Positions 10,579 through 21,011 of a DNA stretch of 64,000 bases are shown here, piece by piece; position 1 is the first letter of the stretch, and each line of letters opens with the position of its first letter. The DNA is from Terriglobia bacterium (GTDB taxonomy: Bacteria > Acidobacteriota > Terriglobia > JAJPHL01 > JAPKYU01), in NCBI GenBank assembly GCA_965206645.1, contig CBDBKE010000004.1:1152001-1216000 (forward strand), in the 5' to 3' direction. The position numbers and the translations under genes are program-made. Below the pieces are notes generated by a model. That model was not told the origin of the DNA, ran no database searches, and saw only the letters and a program-made list of their open reading frames with translations.

Positions 10579-11205
10579 CTCAACCAGGACACGTTCTATT
10601 GGGGAACGCTCAAAGGGGTCGGGAAGATCTACGTCCAGGTCGTCGTCGACGCCTTCTGCTCATTGGCCTTCGCCAAGGTCTACACCTCGAAGATGCCGAT
10701 CACGGCCGCCGACCTGTTCTACGACCGCGTCCTGCCCTTCTACGAGGCCCTGGGTGTGCCGGCGCAGGCCGTCCTCACCGACAACGGCCGCGAGTTCTGT
10801 GGCCGCGCGGACCATCATCTCTACGAGTTGATGCTGGCGCTGCACGACATCGAGCACCGCCGCACATAGGTCCGCCATCCGCGGACCAACGGCTTCGTCG
10901 AGCGAATGAACCGCACCCTGCTGGATGAGTGCTTCCGGGTCAAGGGCCGCACGACCTGGCACACACGTCAGCCGAGGAAATCCAGCGCGATCTGGACCAG
11001 TACCTGACGTTCTACAATCTTAAGCGCAGCCACCAAGGCTACCGCCTCAAGGGCCGAACGCCGGCTCAGGCACTGCGTGAGGCGCTCGGCCCCAAGAAGC
11101 TGCCGCCGGTCGTTCCGATCACGGAAAAGGAGGTGCCGAAGCAAGTCGCGTGACCAGAGACAGACGCCGAAGATCCCGGTGTCGGGGAAATACTAAACTT
11201 GTACA
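10579..11205 (+). pseudogene. IS481-family transposase 3' remnant with right end
   Basis: QDTFYWGTLKGVGKIY, LTDNGREF, TNGFVERMNRTL; internal stop and frameshift; ends ...aacttgtaca. Confidence 0.8.
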
Positions 11206-11317
11206 GTTGGAGTGAACGCCTTGTGACGAATACGCAATAGGCCGAGCCGACCGTACAAGCATGCGTCAGTTGTCAATAGTTTAGGGAATTACATACCACA
11301 TTACACAGACGACGTAC

Positions 11318-11830
11318 CTATCGAAAGAACTCCGGATGGTCTGGATTCACAACTCCTGGATTATTCTCAATACTCACCGAGAAAAGACATCTCTCCAACT
11401 TGCCCATTAACGCGATAAGACTATCGAGCAAATCTCGGTCCTCATCAGGAACCTTATCAAGCCTTAACAACTCGTGAAAAGTATGATTCCTTTTCTTCGC
11501 ACACTTCTCCAATTCTTTCACCAAGGGCTGCACAATTCCTTCCCCTTTTAGGCTCTTACAGTACTTGAGGGCCGACGTAAAATAACTCTTGCGTTTCGGA
11601 GGCTTCCATCCCTTACAGGCCGCCGCATAACACACCATCGCTTCAATGACGCAAGCCGTTGTACACAATGATGTAAATAAGAATCCAGACTTTCTGGCTT
11701 CTTGCTCCTCTCTCATCACAGAGGCGAACAGTCTATTGGGAAGAATCCCTTGAATCTTCCCACCCCCAACTGTTCTAGGGAAATTTAGAAATACCGACGC
11801 CGTTTTTGAGTTATCCATAAGCACCTTCAT
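11318..11830 (-). CDS. Low-GC hypothetical protein
   Basis: 170-aa ORF in an AT-rich patch; no motif recognised. Confidence 0.55.
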   Translation of the reverse strand: MKVLMDNSKTASVFLNFPRTVGGGKIQGILPNRLFASVMREEQEARKSGFLFTSLCTTACVIEAMVCYAAACKGWKPPKRKSYFTSALKYCKSLKGEGIVQPLVKELEKCAKKRNHTFHELLRLDKVPDEDRDLLDSLIALMGKLERCLFSVSIENNPGVVNPDHPEFFR

Positions 11831-11886
11831 AGGCTACCAGCGTCTCGACGCGGACGGCCCAATACTTATCGTCGTCAGCGACGCAG

Positions 11887-12948
11887 GGCGTTGTTGCAGA
11901 AATCTGACTCCATCCCCAACGCTCTCCCCCCTGATAGGCTAGGGGATGGGCAAAAGCGACTACACCTTCCGATATAAGGTTCGCAACTGGCCGGAGTACA
12001 ACCGGGCTCTGGTGAAACGTGGGCAGCTGACACTGTGGTTCGACACGGAGGCAGTCGCTGCCTAGCGTCATCCAGGACCCTTCGAAGGGCGAGGCCGGCC
12101 CAAGGTCTACGCAGATGCGGCGATCCAATGTGCGCTGGTCCTGAATTCGGTGTTTCACCTCAACCTACGGACCACTCAAGGGTTCCTTCAATCCATCGTG
12201 GCGCTCATGGCTCTCGACCTCCCAGTGCCCAACTACAGCACGGTGAGCCGAAGGCAAAGCGCCGTCGACGTCCGACTGAGTGTAGGGCCCACGGATCGAC
12301 CACGACATGTCGTCATCGATTCGACGGGCCTGAAGATCTACGGAGCCGGTGAGTGGCACATCAGAAAACACCGAACCCTCCGCCGTAGGACATGGCGAAA
12401 GCTCCACCTAGGCGTCGATGAGACGACGAAAGAGATCGTTGCGATGGACCTGACTGCGAGCAACGTCCACGACGCCCGAGGGCTCTCTTCGTTGCTGTCT
12501 AAGGCTCCTGGTTCGATCGGGCAAGTCTCCGCAGACCGGGCCTACGACACGGGTTCCTGCTACGAGGCCGTGCTCCAGCACGACGCTATCGTGACGATCT
12601 TGCCGCAACGCAATGCACAATGCAGCCGAGACTCTCATCCGCCTCCGTGGCGTGCGATGCGTGATACCAATCTCCGGCGTATTAGGACGCAGGGCCGTTA
12701 TGAGTGGCGGAAGTCGAGTGGCTGCACTCGCCAGAGCGTGGCGGAGAATGCGGTCTCACGGTACAAGGCGATACTCGGGGTAAGCCTCTCGGCCTGCACG
12801 GTCAAGAACCAAAAAGTCGAAGCCGCGATCAAGTGCGCTGTGCTGAACCGGATGGCGGAGCTTGGAATGCCACGATCGGAGCGCGTGCACTGAGGCGGAT
12901 GAGCTTCTCGGCCCGGTTCGCCGCGAGCGCGAATTACGCAACAACGCC
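11887..12948 (+). mobile_element. IS903-group element, copy 2; transposase broken by a TGG>TAG stop near 12063
   Basis: Same TIRs and length as 9092-10153. Confidence 0.93.
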
Positions 12949-13112
12949 CATCAAAGAGACTAGCATACCCAACTTGGCAGGCCCTGCAACGCCGCACGAG
13001 GGGGCGCAGCCATCTCCTTTTGTGGTCGGCTTAGTTCTCTGGGGTTCCTGTTTATTCTGGTGCTGAAGGCCGCTGGAAGGTCGGAACGACTGAATCAAAT
13101 TGGAAATGCGGG

Positions 13113-13982
13113 CTAAAGTGTTAAATGGCGATCCGCTCTCTTGTCCTTCAGTTGCTCCCAGCTCATAGGTCGCCATTCCCGCGCCAACCGCTTGGCTTCG
13201 GCAACTTGTAAAGCAGTCATCTTCTCTGCCAGTGAGTCTCTCGCTAACCGGAAGTCCTCCGCGTTCTCTTTAGTTCGTGAAGCTGCCAAGTTAATCCACT
13301 TGTGGGCTTGGACGTAGTCCTGGGGCACGCCCTGGCCGTTGGCGTAGCTGACCCCGAGGTTGTATTGAGCACTGGCGTTCCCCTGCTCGGCAGCTTTGCG
13401 ATACCAACTCATGGCCTCTTGGTAGTCCTGGGGCACTCCCTCGCCGTTGTCGTACATGACCCCGAGGTTGTATTGAGCATTGGCGTACCCCTGTTCGGCG
13501 GCCTTGCGATACCAACCCACTGCCTCTTGGTCGTCCTGGGGCACGCCCCGGCCTTCGGCGTACATGACCCCGAGGTTGTATTGGGCCTCAGCGTTCCCCT
13601 GATCGGCGGCCTTGCGATACCACTTCAGAGCTTCTTGGTAGTCCTGGGACACACCCTCGCCGGTGGCGCACATGACCCCGAGGTTGTATTGGGCAATGGA
13701 GTACCCCTGCTCGGCGGCCAGCCGTAACCACTTCACAGCCTCTTTGTCGTCCTGGGACACGCCCTCGCCGGTGGCGTACATGACACCGAGGTTGTATTGG
13801 GCAATGACGTCGCCCTGCTCGGCGTCCTTGCGTAGCTGCTCGATGTCCTGGGTCTTGGCGGGTCCAGGTTGAAACCCTACTAGAACGACAAGAGCGATGA
13901 GTAAAAACGCTAGCTTTCCACTGCGAGTGTTCCGGTTGGTCATAGGCTTGAATCTTAACAAGATACGCCCGATTTCCGGCAC
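13113..13982 (-). CDS. Secreted Sel1-repeat protein
   Basis: Signal-like segment; five AQYNLGVMY...GVPQD...WYRKAAEQG repeats; true start may be 13943. Confidence 0.9.
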   Translation of the reverse strand: MPEIGRILLRFKPMTNRNTRSGKLAFLLIALVVLVGFQPGPAKTQDIEQLRKDAEQGDVIAQYNLGVMYATGEGVSQDDKEAVKWLRLAAEQGYSIAQYNLGVMCATGEGVSQDYQEALKWYRKAADQGNAEAQYNLGVMYAEGRGVPQDDQEAVGWYRKAAEQGYANAQYNLGVMYDNGEGVPQDYQEAMSWYRKAAEQGNASAQYNLGVSYANGQGVPQDYVQAHKWINLAASRTKENAEDFRLARDSLAEKMTALQVAEAKRLAREWRPMSWEQLKDKRADRHLTL

Positions 13983-14221
13983 AGAATCACGCCTGCCGGT
14001 CTGGATCGCCGTCGGCGGGCTCCAGCACCCACAAATCGCTCCTGGGCGATTCTGGAGGTTTCAATTCCCCCTCACCGGAGTGGGGGGGATATCCCTGTTT
14101 GCCGGACTGTCTTTCGTTACAATCCGGTCCCCTCACCGAAGCGAGGGGAGATATTGCCAGTAGTGTAACACTCATGGCGGCGTCTCCGGAGCGGACCTTA
14201 GAAGCGTGTGATAATGTCTGC

Positions 14222-15444
14222 CAGCTCAACCGGTCGATGCAACACAAGCGTTAAATCGTTCTGCCGGAGTTTCAAACTCCAGCGTCTGACGGGGCCGTTC
14301 GTTCAGCTGACGTGCCACCTTGTTCAGATGCGCCTGAGAGTGCACCGACAAGTCCGTTCCCTTGGGGAAGTACTGTCGGAGTAGACCGTTGGTGTTCTCA
14401 TTCGAACCGCGCTGCCATGGACTCTGAGGATCACAGAAGTATACGTCAATGTCGGTCGCCAACGTGAACCGTCGATGCTCGGCGAGCTCCAGGCCTCGAT
14501 CCCAAGTCAGAGATTTGTACAGTTCCGTCGGCAGCTTCTTCGCGTGCTTGATGAGCGCCGACACGACCGTCTCCGTTTTCTTGCTGGATACTTTCGTAAG
14601 CATCACGTAGCGCGTATGACGTTCGACCAGAGTCGCAATGTGGCTGTTCTTCGATCCGGACAGCAGATCGCCTTCCCAATGACCGGGCACGGCACGATCT
14701 TCGACCGAGGCCGGGCGCTCACGGATCGATACGATGTCGGTGATCTGTCCTCGTCCATGGCCTCTCAGACTTGCATGTCGGGATCGACGAATCGTCCGCT
14801 TTGACCGCAGATGCTGCATCAGCTCTGCCTTCAGCGCACCGCGGGCTTGAACAAACAGGCTGCGGTAGATGGTCTCGTGAGACACGTGATAGGACGGATC
14901 CTTCGGATAGGCTCGTTTCAGCCAGCTGGCGATCTGCTCAGGCGACCAGTTTATGCTGAGCTTTCTGGCCACTACCCGTCGTAGTTGTGGATGCTTGACC
15001 AGCTGACACCGCTTCGGCCGGCGGGCCCTCTCCCCGGCTTGCTCATCGGCCTCCGCTGCTCGATAGTCATTATCGCCGCCATTCCGCCGAATCTCCCGGC
15101 TCACCGTCGATGGTGAGCGACCCAGCAACCCGGCGATGGATCGTATCGATTGATGTGCCGCAATGCCTCGAGAGATCTCTTCGCGCTCCGACAACGTCAG
15201 TGCCCAACATGAACGGCGTGGTGGCCGAGGACGGATGCCTCCGTACGGAGCAAGCTGATGGTAAACAGACGATGGCTGCTTACAAAACACTCGTCCAATC
15301 GACTTGAGCGACTCCCCTCGTTTCCACCGATCCCACACCTCCTCCAGTTCCGCCAGCGTGTAACCGCGACGAGCTCTTTGCTTCATCCGCATACACTCCA
15401 CCTCCTCCTTTCAAGGCAAAGTGTTGCGTCGATGGGTTGAGACC
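14222..15444 (-). mobile_element. IS30-family element, transposase 14226-15401
   Basis: LGRSPSTVSREIRRN, WSPEQI, GHWEGDL, TWDRG.E, PWQRGSNENTNGLLRQYFPKG; imperfect TIR ctcaacc..tcga.gcaacac. Confidence 0.92.
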
Positions 15445-15841
15445 ACCTCCTTTATAACACACCAATCAAGGCCTTACGAGACTTGGAATATCCTGAAAAG
15501 GAACGCGATCCCAGGTATGACGGTGACGAGGAGCATTCCGAGTTCGCAGATCCGTTTCTTGATGCCCACACATACCGGGCACGTCTCTTTAGTGGCCCGG
15601 CCCCACGAGTATCCGCGCGCCTTCTAGGCCGCACAAGGTACCGGGACGGATCCACACGAAGTTGTCGTTGAGTAGGTGAACGGCGCTCGGTTCCTCGGCG
15701 CGGCGGATTAGCTCTTGGCAGTCCGCACAAGTAACGGCGTCGGTGTATCGCGTGTAATCCCGTAATGGACTGGCAAACATCTTGGGGAGCTTGCACCAAT
15801 ACGGGCTCCCCATGTGGACGAACTCCCGCTGTCTCATGGCT

Positions 15842-16219
15842 TCATTTGTCGTCGGCCGGCTGCCGGTTCTTCAGGTAGTCCAGTTCCTGGCGTATTGCGT
15901 CGTCGTATTTACTCTCGAGCGAGTCTGGATCCTGGTCCAGATGGCTCTCAAGTTCATCGAGCCTCGCGTCCTGTTTCTGCTCAAGCTCGTGGTGATTGTC
16001 GTTCAATCGCTGAGACCACTTAAGGAATGCCCACTCCATTTCGCAGGCATTGGGTGCGCGTGTGCAGTCGAGAGCATTCCAGACCCACGGACTCTCTGGT
16101 TGGCTCCAACTCGATGGGTTATCCCGTATTCGGCGTGCCAGCTCGTCGAACGCGAGATACTGCTTTGGTCCAGGTCTTGTAGCGAGCTTCTTAACCTCAA
16201 TATCGGGGAGAGATTTCAT
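15842..16219 (-). CDS. Hypothetical protein
   Basis: 125-aa ORF with a helical, acidic C-terminus. Confidence 0.5.
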   Translation of the reverse strand: MKSLPDIEVKKLATRPGPKQYLAFDELARRIRDNPSSWSQPESPWVWNALDCTRAPNACEMEWAFLKWSQRLNDNHHELEQKQDARLDELESHLDQDPDSLESKYDDAIRQELDYLKNRQPADDK

Positions 16220-17045
16220 GTCAGCACACTCCGTTCACTGGGTATTTATCCTGCAAAACTGCCAAGTCTTTCTGCTACTGCCTCTCCCTGCTACAACCGG
16301 AATTTCCAATATGGATCTCTGTTACCGACAACCGTACTCCCTCCTTCGCACCGCAGGCAAGGATTTCTCCACGGGATACATGCTTTGATCGGATCGAGGG
16401 GGTCCAACGACTCGTTCTTTCCCTTCGGAAAGGGTTATCTGCCCCCCACGTCGCAGAGAAGGCCGAAAACGGCGAGGGCGAGCAGCGGCCAGATTAAACG
16501 CCCTCCCGCGGCGCCAAGAGGGTGAAGGAGGACCACCAGCAGCCGTTGCCAGACGTCTCCGCCGTCCGCGAATGCTCCAACCAGGGCCGTGAATCCTGCG
16601 AAGATCGCGTGAATCACAGCCAGAATCAGCACCGGAATCCTGAAGCTGGTCATGCGGACATGATCCTTACTAATAATGCGGGCTTTCGTCCACCGGACTC
16701 GATGAATGCGTCCCCGGCGGGCAGCCCCTGTGGTCACGCGAATGGACGATCCGAGTAGGCGACAGTGACCGATGCCGTTGGACCCGCTGAAAGCGGGAGA
16801 TCGCTCCCGCCCGTCCTATTATGCTATTAATTAATTTATTATATTGTACTTAATGAAGAATCTCTGGGCGTGATCACGCGTTCGATCACCATTTGCAAGT
16901 TTTTGGCTTGGAATCCTCCCACGCCCCCAATACAAGATCCACACAGAAACAAACCGACCACAAGGGAGGCTGAACGCCCTGAGCTACGCGACTTGATCGA
17001 AGTCCCTACATTGGAGTTTGCAAGTGCGATCAGAAGCGGCGGGGG

Positions 17046-17803
17046 AGGATGAGCACCGCTGATGCGCGTGTTACCCTGGCGAGGCTTCCTGCCGCAATGG
17101 CGCTTGTGGGCCAACACCGTTCAGTTTGGCAAGAATCTATCCTGCATTTCCCTTCGCGTTGCGTTCCATTCGCCGGAGCATGGCGCGTCCGGTTCCAGGT
17201 GCCCCGTCCCGGCGGCGATTCCCCAATCGGGCTTGCCGCCTCCGACCGGAAGACGGGTGTGAGGTTGCGCCATTTGCCGCTGGCCTTCGCTGGTTCCGCT
17301 TTGTTCCGACGCAAGGCTCGCGCCAGAACGGTCCCCTCGCCTGGCAGGCGTCTGGCACTCGCTCTTGCCCTTGTCGGCCCTGCCCGTCACTGGCTTCGGC
17401 GGCGCTGTTCCTCCCGTGTCAGGGTTTGGCCGTTTCCGCCATTCGGGGGTGAGCGGAAACGCTCACAAACCCTTAAACTTTCAGGAGGAAACACATCATG
17501 GCTAACCCCAAACCCATCTCTGAAGTCCGCATCGGTCGCGTCAAGGCTGCGATTTGGCCGAACGAAACCGAAGGCCGCACGCGGCACAATGTCACCTTCT
17601 CCCGTCTCTACAAGGACGGCGATGAATGGAAGAGCACGCAGAGCTTCAGTCGCAACGACCTGTTGCTGCTTGCCAAAGTGGCCGATCAGGCCCACTCGCG
17701 TATCTTCGAGCTCCAGCACGAAGAAGAGCCTCAGGCAGAATCCTAGTGCGACGCGCATCAGAGAGCGGCGGGGCAATCCCCGCCGCGATCCGATCCTTTC
17801 GAC
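17046..17803 (+). repeat. Second copy of the leader + ssDNA-binding-like gene module
   Basis: Direct repeat of 870-1626. Confidence 0.9.
17498..17746 (+). CDS. 82-aa probable ssDNA-binding protein, copy 2
   Basis: Differs from 1321-1569 at only a few residues. Confidence 0.7.
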   Translation: MANPKPISEVRIGRVKAAIWPNETEGRTRHNVTFSRLYKDGDEWKSTQSFSRNDLLLLAKVADQAHSRIFELQHEEEPQAES

Positions 17804-17909
17804 AAGGAGAATGAACATGAACTGCATCGTGAGCGAAGTCTCCCAAGCTTTCCTGGCGGCGGCCGATAAAGGACTTGCGCGGTGAACGGTATTACCGTAC
17901 ATTATTATC

Positions 17910-18008
17910 GTGATCGTTCGCTCTGTCCGCCACCGGGGATTGCGCCGGCTGATCGAGAACGACAACCCCCGGTTCCTGCGGCGGAACCTGGTCGACCGGG
18001 TGCGTAAG
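17910..18008 (+). pseudogene. HigB/RelE-like toxin N-terminus, truncated by the MITE
   Basis: MIVRSVRHRGLRRLIENDNPRFL resembles plasmid-maintenance killer-protein starts. Confidence 0.55.
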
Positions 18009-18139
18009 GGTACTGTCAAGTTGAGCAGAATCCGCCCGTTTTGCGGAAAGATTCTGCTGGATCAGAGACTGAGAATCAATGACTTAGCGGTGGCGCCGGG
18101 CGGCGAGAATGCCGCCAAACTGCTTAACTTGACAGTACC
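18009..18139 (+). mobile_element. 131-bp MITE, copy 3
   Basis: Same TIRs and interior as the other copies. Confidence 0.9.
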
Positions 18140-18629
18140 CTGTTGCCTTCCACAGCGGTCCATGGCCAGCCTCGTGTCCCGCGATCGCGTGTGCGATCTC
18201 GTGTAGCACGGTGTCCCGGATCTGCTCCTCGCTTCCCTCCAGGGCATGGGTGCGGCTGATCCAGATCACGTGGTGTCGGAAATGACAGGCGCCAAGGCGT
18301 TTCCTGGCCTCGCCGAACGCGAGCGTCCAGCCCGTGAGCCCCTGCTCGTCCATCAACCGCCTCGCCATTCCCGCGACGCCGTTCAGCCTCTCCGCACCGT
18401 TCCTCGCGCTTTCCTTTCCCGCCCTGTGGAGTAAGCCATAGGAGACGTTCCAGCCTGTCTCTTCGCAGCGTACCTTGGCGCTCTTCGGGTTGAACTTCAC
18501 GATCTCGCCACGCCTTGGTCCGTCGGGACTTGTGAACGTCACCTTGTCCCCCACGCGGTAGTCAGCGCGTGCGTTGTCGTGCCGCGTGATGATCGTGGCT
18601 CGTCGCGCTCCTCCCGAGGGCTTTAACAT
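18140..18629 (-). pseudogene. SprT-like zinc metalloprotease, 3' end cut by the MITE
   Basis: RLGAC...IRDTVLHEIAHAIAG...GHGPLWK. Confidence 0.8.
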
Positions 18630-18955
18630 TGACTCGGGGACGTTCCAGGTCCGTTCTGCGGTGTCGACGACCTTCGCGAAGCGGCGTCGGCCCTGCCTTT
18701 GGAAGAGATGTCCGTGGATTGTTTTCCCCTTGTGAGTGAACTGTACGGCAGACCCGATAGATAGCGGGCTTCCTCCGGCTGATTGATCATTCGGCCTTCT
18801 CCTCTGGCTTGGAGTTGATCAGTCCCGGCACCCGGTACTCCCGCGTGTGCTCCATCCATTCCACCGCAACGCTCCACTCTCTGGACTCCAGATCGATGTC
18901 GGCTCGGCTCCGCGGCGGTCAGTTGACATTCTTATGACTGAAGGAAGACATCGCC

Positions 18956-19230
18956 ATGAGTGGCCACGACGCATTCAAGCGCATCCTGACATCGTTGCAC
19001 GAAGCCATGCTCGACGATGTTCACTGGCCGACCACCACGGCCCTGATTGACGAGGCCTGCGGCCTGACGAGCAATGCACTCCTGGTCGGCGAAGGCCCGA
19101 AGGACGACCTCCGGGTGCTCTTCGCCGGGCTCTACTACCGGGGACAGCGCCGCGAAACCTGGAACGAGAGTACCTCGAGGTCTACCATCCCATCGACGAA
19201 CGTGTGCCGCGCCTGCAGCAACTGCCCGAC
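18956..19230 (+). pseudogene. N-terminal sensor fragment of a LuxR-type regulator (frameshifted, truncated)
   Basis: MSGHDAFKRILTSLHEAMLDDVHWPTTTALIDEACG; GGAAG RBS-like sequence; breaks near 19160. Confidence 0.55.
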
Positions 19231-19291
19231 CCGTGGGCCCCGGCCGAGCGGTGCCCGGCCCCCGCGAAAGGCCGCCGCCACGTCCCGAACA

Positions 19292-19312
19292 ATATGGGGC
19301 AGTGCCCCATAT
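19292..19312. promoter_or_regulatory. Perfect 21-bp palindrome, candidate operator
   Basis: ATATGGGGCA-G-TGCCCCATAT upstream of the GAF-LuxR gene; retained in the inverted copy near 23792-23812. Confidence 0.5.
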
Positions 19313-19466
19313 CGATTCAGGTATTCTTCCCAGATGCCCCTCGATCGTGCGACGGCATGGCATCCCCCGTTGTCCAGGCCAAGGCACGAGTGCGTATGCC
19401 GTTAGCGAGGAGTCCCCGTCCCCGATCGGGTCCGGCCCGGCGGCCTTGGTCATCGGAACTGCGGCC

Positions 19467-20426
19467 GTGACGACCGTGCTGCCCGCGATCCCGCCCGAGA
19501 CGCTGGCCGAGTGGCAGCACGTGGTCGACCTGACGGCACGGCTCGCCCGGGTGCCGGCGAGCCTGATCATGCGCACCGAGCGTCCGAAGCACACGGTCCT
19601 GGTGAGTAGCCGCACCGAGGGCAACCCCTACGATGTCGGGCGCGAGTACGATCTGAACGCATTGCTCTATTGCCAGGGCGTGTTTGAAAACGACGGCGAG
19701 CTGGTGGTCGAGGACGCGACCCACGACCCGGTCTGGGCGGGTAACGAGGATCTGGCCGACGGGATGCGCTTCTACATCGGCTATCCCCTGAAATGGCCCA
19801 GCGGCGAGGTGTTCGGCACGATCTGCGTGCTCGACCGCGAGCGCAACGACCACGCGCTGCTGTTCCGCGAGGGGCTGCAGGCGTTCGCCGGCGTGGTCGA
19901 GGCGAACCTGCGGTCGCTGGTCGAGCTCGCCGAACGCCGCCGGCTCGAAACCGCCCTGCAGCACTCGCTCGACCAGACCGCACGGCAGGTGGTCGAACGC
20001 ACCAGCGAACTGCAGGACGCCAACACGGCGCTGCGCGTGCTGCTCGGCAATGTCGAGAAGTCCCACGAGGCGCGCAACGAGCAGCTGCTGCAACAGATCC
20101 ATACGCTGGTGATGCCGCATGTGGCGAAGCTCGCGCGGCTCGTGGAGCGCGACCGCGCGGCCGTGGAGTACGTGAGCCTGATCGAGACCAACCTTACGAC
20201 CCTCACCTCGTCGCTGGCATCGAGGATGGCGCGCGTGTTCCAGGCCTTGACCGCGACCGAAGCCGACGTCGCGCATCTGGTGATGCGCGGCCTGACCACG
20301 AAGGACATCGCCGCCACGCTGTCGCGGGCGCCGAGCACGATCGACTTTCACCGCCACAACATCCGCGCCAAGCTCGGCGTGGAGCGGCGCGTGACCCTGC
20401 GCGCGCACCTGCTGTCGATCCGCTGA
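19467..20426 (+). CDS. GAF + coiled-coil + LuxR HTH transcriptional regulator
   Basis: LYCQGV...FYIGYPLKWPSGEVFGTICVLD (GAF); LTATEADVAHLVMRGLTTKDIA...TIDFHRHNIRAKLG (LuxR); GTG start inferred. Confidence 0.88.
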   Translation: MTTVLPAIPPETLAEWQHVVDLTARLARVPASLIMRTERPKHTVLVSSRTEGNPYDVGREYDLNALLYCQGVFENDGELVVEDATHDPVWAGNEDLADGMRFYIGYPLKWPSGEVFGTICVLDRERNDHALLFREGLQAFAGVVEANLRSLVELAERRRLETALQHSLDQTARQVVERTSELQDANTALRVLLGNVEKSHEARNEQLLQQIHTLVMPHVAKLARLVERDRAAVEYVSLIETNLTTLTSSLASRMARVFQALTATEADVAHLVMRGLTTKDIAATLSRAPSTIDFHRHNIRAKLGVERRVTLRAHLLSIR

Positions 20427-20939
20427 GCGGGGGCGCCGGCGCCGCGGCGGGCTCCCGAGACCGGGCACAGGACCGGCGAACGGAACGGCCAACACCATGG
20501 GGTGTTCCCCCTCATAACCACCCGCGATGTTCTCGTATACCCATCCTCCCGGCGCGTCGGTAGCATGGCCTCCACGTGATGAACGGCAGGGATGGCATCT
20601 GCCGCCCACCCGCGGAGGGCGCTGCGGCGGCGCGGGCAGACCGCGCGCGCGCACTGCCCGGGCGTGCCCGACCGTCCGCGCCGGACGTGCGGCGGCGTGC
20701 CTGCTGGGTCGGCGCAGAGGCCGGTCGCGCGATGCGCGCCACGGGCGCGACGTCACGAGGGATTTCGATGGTCGACGGGTGGGGCGAGTCACCGGCGGCG
20801 ACGGGCGCCTCACCGATGGCGGCGAGGCCACCATCGTGATCAACGACGGGAGGCCGCCACGACGGGGAAATAGGGAGCACCGGTTGGCGCTGACATGCTG
20901 TGACCTGAAGCGGCGGGAAACGCGATCACATCGAGGCGT

Positions 20940-20973
20940 TTTACTCGCGATAACTGGAATTATCGCGAGTAAA
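20940..20973 (+). other. lox-like recombination site 1 (13-8-13)
   Basis: TTTACTCGCGATA-ACTGGAAT-TATCGCGAGTAAA; perfect arms; 38 bp upstream of the recombinase ATG. Confidence 0.85.
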
Positions 20974-21011
20974 AATGAGCGGTCTTTTTCGACGGAACGG
21001 GAGGCCGCCCG

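Larger units (their letters stand above)
19221..20967 (+). repeat. Left arm of a large inverted repeat (partner 22304-23883)
   Basis: Reverse complement matches 22304-23883 apart from substitutions and several indels. Confidence 0.92.
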
